The notes beneath the pieces were generated by a model. It saw only the letters and a list, made by a program, of their open reading frames with translations. It had not been told where the DNA came from and ran no database searches. A stretch of DNA of 64,000 bases from Isurus oxyrinchus (lineage: Eukaryota). The stretch's first letter is position 1; every line of letters starts with the position of its first letter. The stretch spans positions 31,558,001 through 31,622,000 of the forward strand of contig JANJGN010000023.1 in NCBI GenBank assembly GCA_026770705.1. Direction: 5' to 3'. Position numbers and translations under genes: made by a program. This document shows, in pieces, positions 62,911-64,000 of this stretch.

Positions 62911-63569
62911 GGTCAAAGCACAGGAACCAATTGTAGCACCCCAATGATGTCCTGGCTAGGATCTTGGCAAGACCTGTCAACAGAACCAGAACTTTCTTGG
63001 TCTGCAAGATTCATTCTAGGTACTGTTTCCCAACCAAGGCAAGAAAGAGCTTTATTCAGATTTTTGAATGGCAATGCATTATCAAGACAGTGAGAGAGAA
63101 CCTGGAATGGATTTAGTGCCAGCTGAGGTAGACGGCACAGCTGAAGTCAGCTCAAGATACTTTTGGAATTTCAGAGGATTCCTGTTGCTGTCCCTTTCAG
63201 TTTCTGAGATAGACATGCAACAAGAAGCAGGAAATAACATTCCTGGGGCTTCTTTCCAATATTAAAGTGGTTTTCCTCTGAGATACAGTTAAGAGAAATC
63301 ACTCTGCAGGAACATCTCTTTTCAGGAAGTTGGATAGCTTTTACGATGAGTTCTCCTCCACATCTTGTGGTGCCCTTGATTATACTCCCTAATGAAGAGA
63401 GGCTGTGCGAGGAGTGCATTGATGATTAGAATGAAGTCATGCTGTGGGATATTGGTAACAGATGTATTAATGTATACTTATAAAAAACCACTATTTTAAC
63501 AAAGGCATTTTAAACCAGTTAACACTTCTGTTAAGGAGCAGAATTTTGTAGCAACTGTTTAACCCATTG

Positions 63570-63720
63570 GGCACCAACAGCACTATGGGTGTACCAACAC
63601 CCACATGGGCAGTAGTGGTTCTGGAAGACAGCTCACCACCACCTTTTCAAGGCATTTCTCAAAGATGACCAAAAAATGCTGGCCTATGGTGATACTCACA
63701 TTCCACGAATGAATTAATAA
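63570..63720 (+). mobile_element. HER1-like 3' tail
   Basis: 'aacagcactatgggtgtacc..gaagacagctcaccaccacctttt..cacattccacgaatgaatt'. Confidence 0.75.
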
Positions 63721-64000
63721 TAATTGATATCACTCAACTCAATTCAACCACAAAGTGTATGGAAAATCAACAATAAATAGCTATATCACACAAAAATGCT
63801 GAATGGGCTTAGAAAGGATAGACACAAAGTGAAAAAGATACTTGGATTTGTAGTAAGATGTCATCGCCCATGGATCCATATTGGTGTCTATGGTCTAGAT
63901 CTTTGTCAAGGAGTCTAAGAATTTGCTACTGTTAGGAGAGAGGGAGAGAAACTGGGAGAGATAAAATAAATCCAATATACAGGCCACTTTATATCCCCCC

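Overview
Eukaryotic, repeat-rich DNA from a cartilaginous fish (inferred from HE1/HER1-type tails, SacSINE/LF-SINE-like SINEs, CR1 and Tx1 LINEs, PIF/Harbinger elements and Penelope-derived palindromes). The only host gene I can recognise is BAMBI: coding exon 1 is at 57060-57135 (+), apparently ends at a GC splice donor, and exon 2 is not visible in the window. The ~57 kb upstream is nested, decayed transposons: several two-gene Harbingers and MITEs, one two-LTR Gypsy element, many LINE and SINE pieces, and a 2.4 kb 23-bp minisatellite. Most listed ORFs are TE fragments or noise. The most notable structures are: a young 80-bp-arm palindrome with a variant minimal hammerhead ribozyme and a 14-bp TSD near BAMBI; a ~510 bp inverted duplication bracketing a Harbinger transposase; a Gypsy whose gag is replaced by a TIR-less Harbinger fragment; an inverted SINE-like pair in the BAMBI promoter region; and an overlapping uORF. 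I see no clear evidence of a wholly new system. All family calls are by eye from memory, and TE boundaries are approximate.
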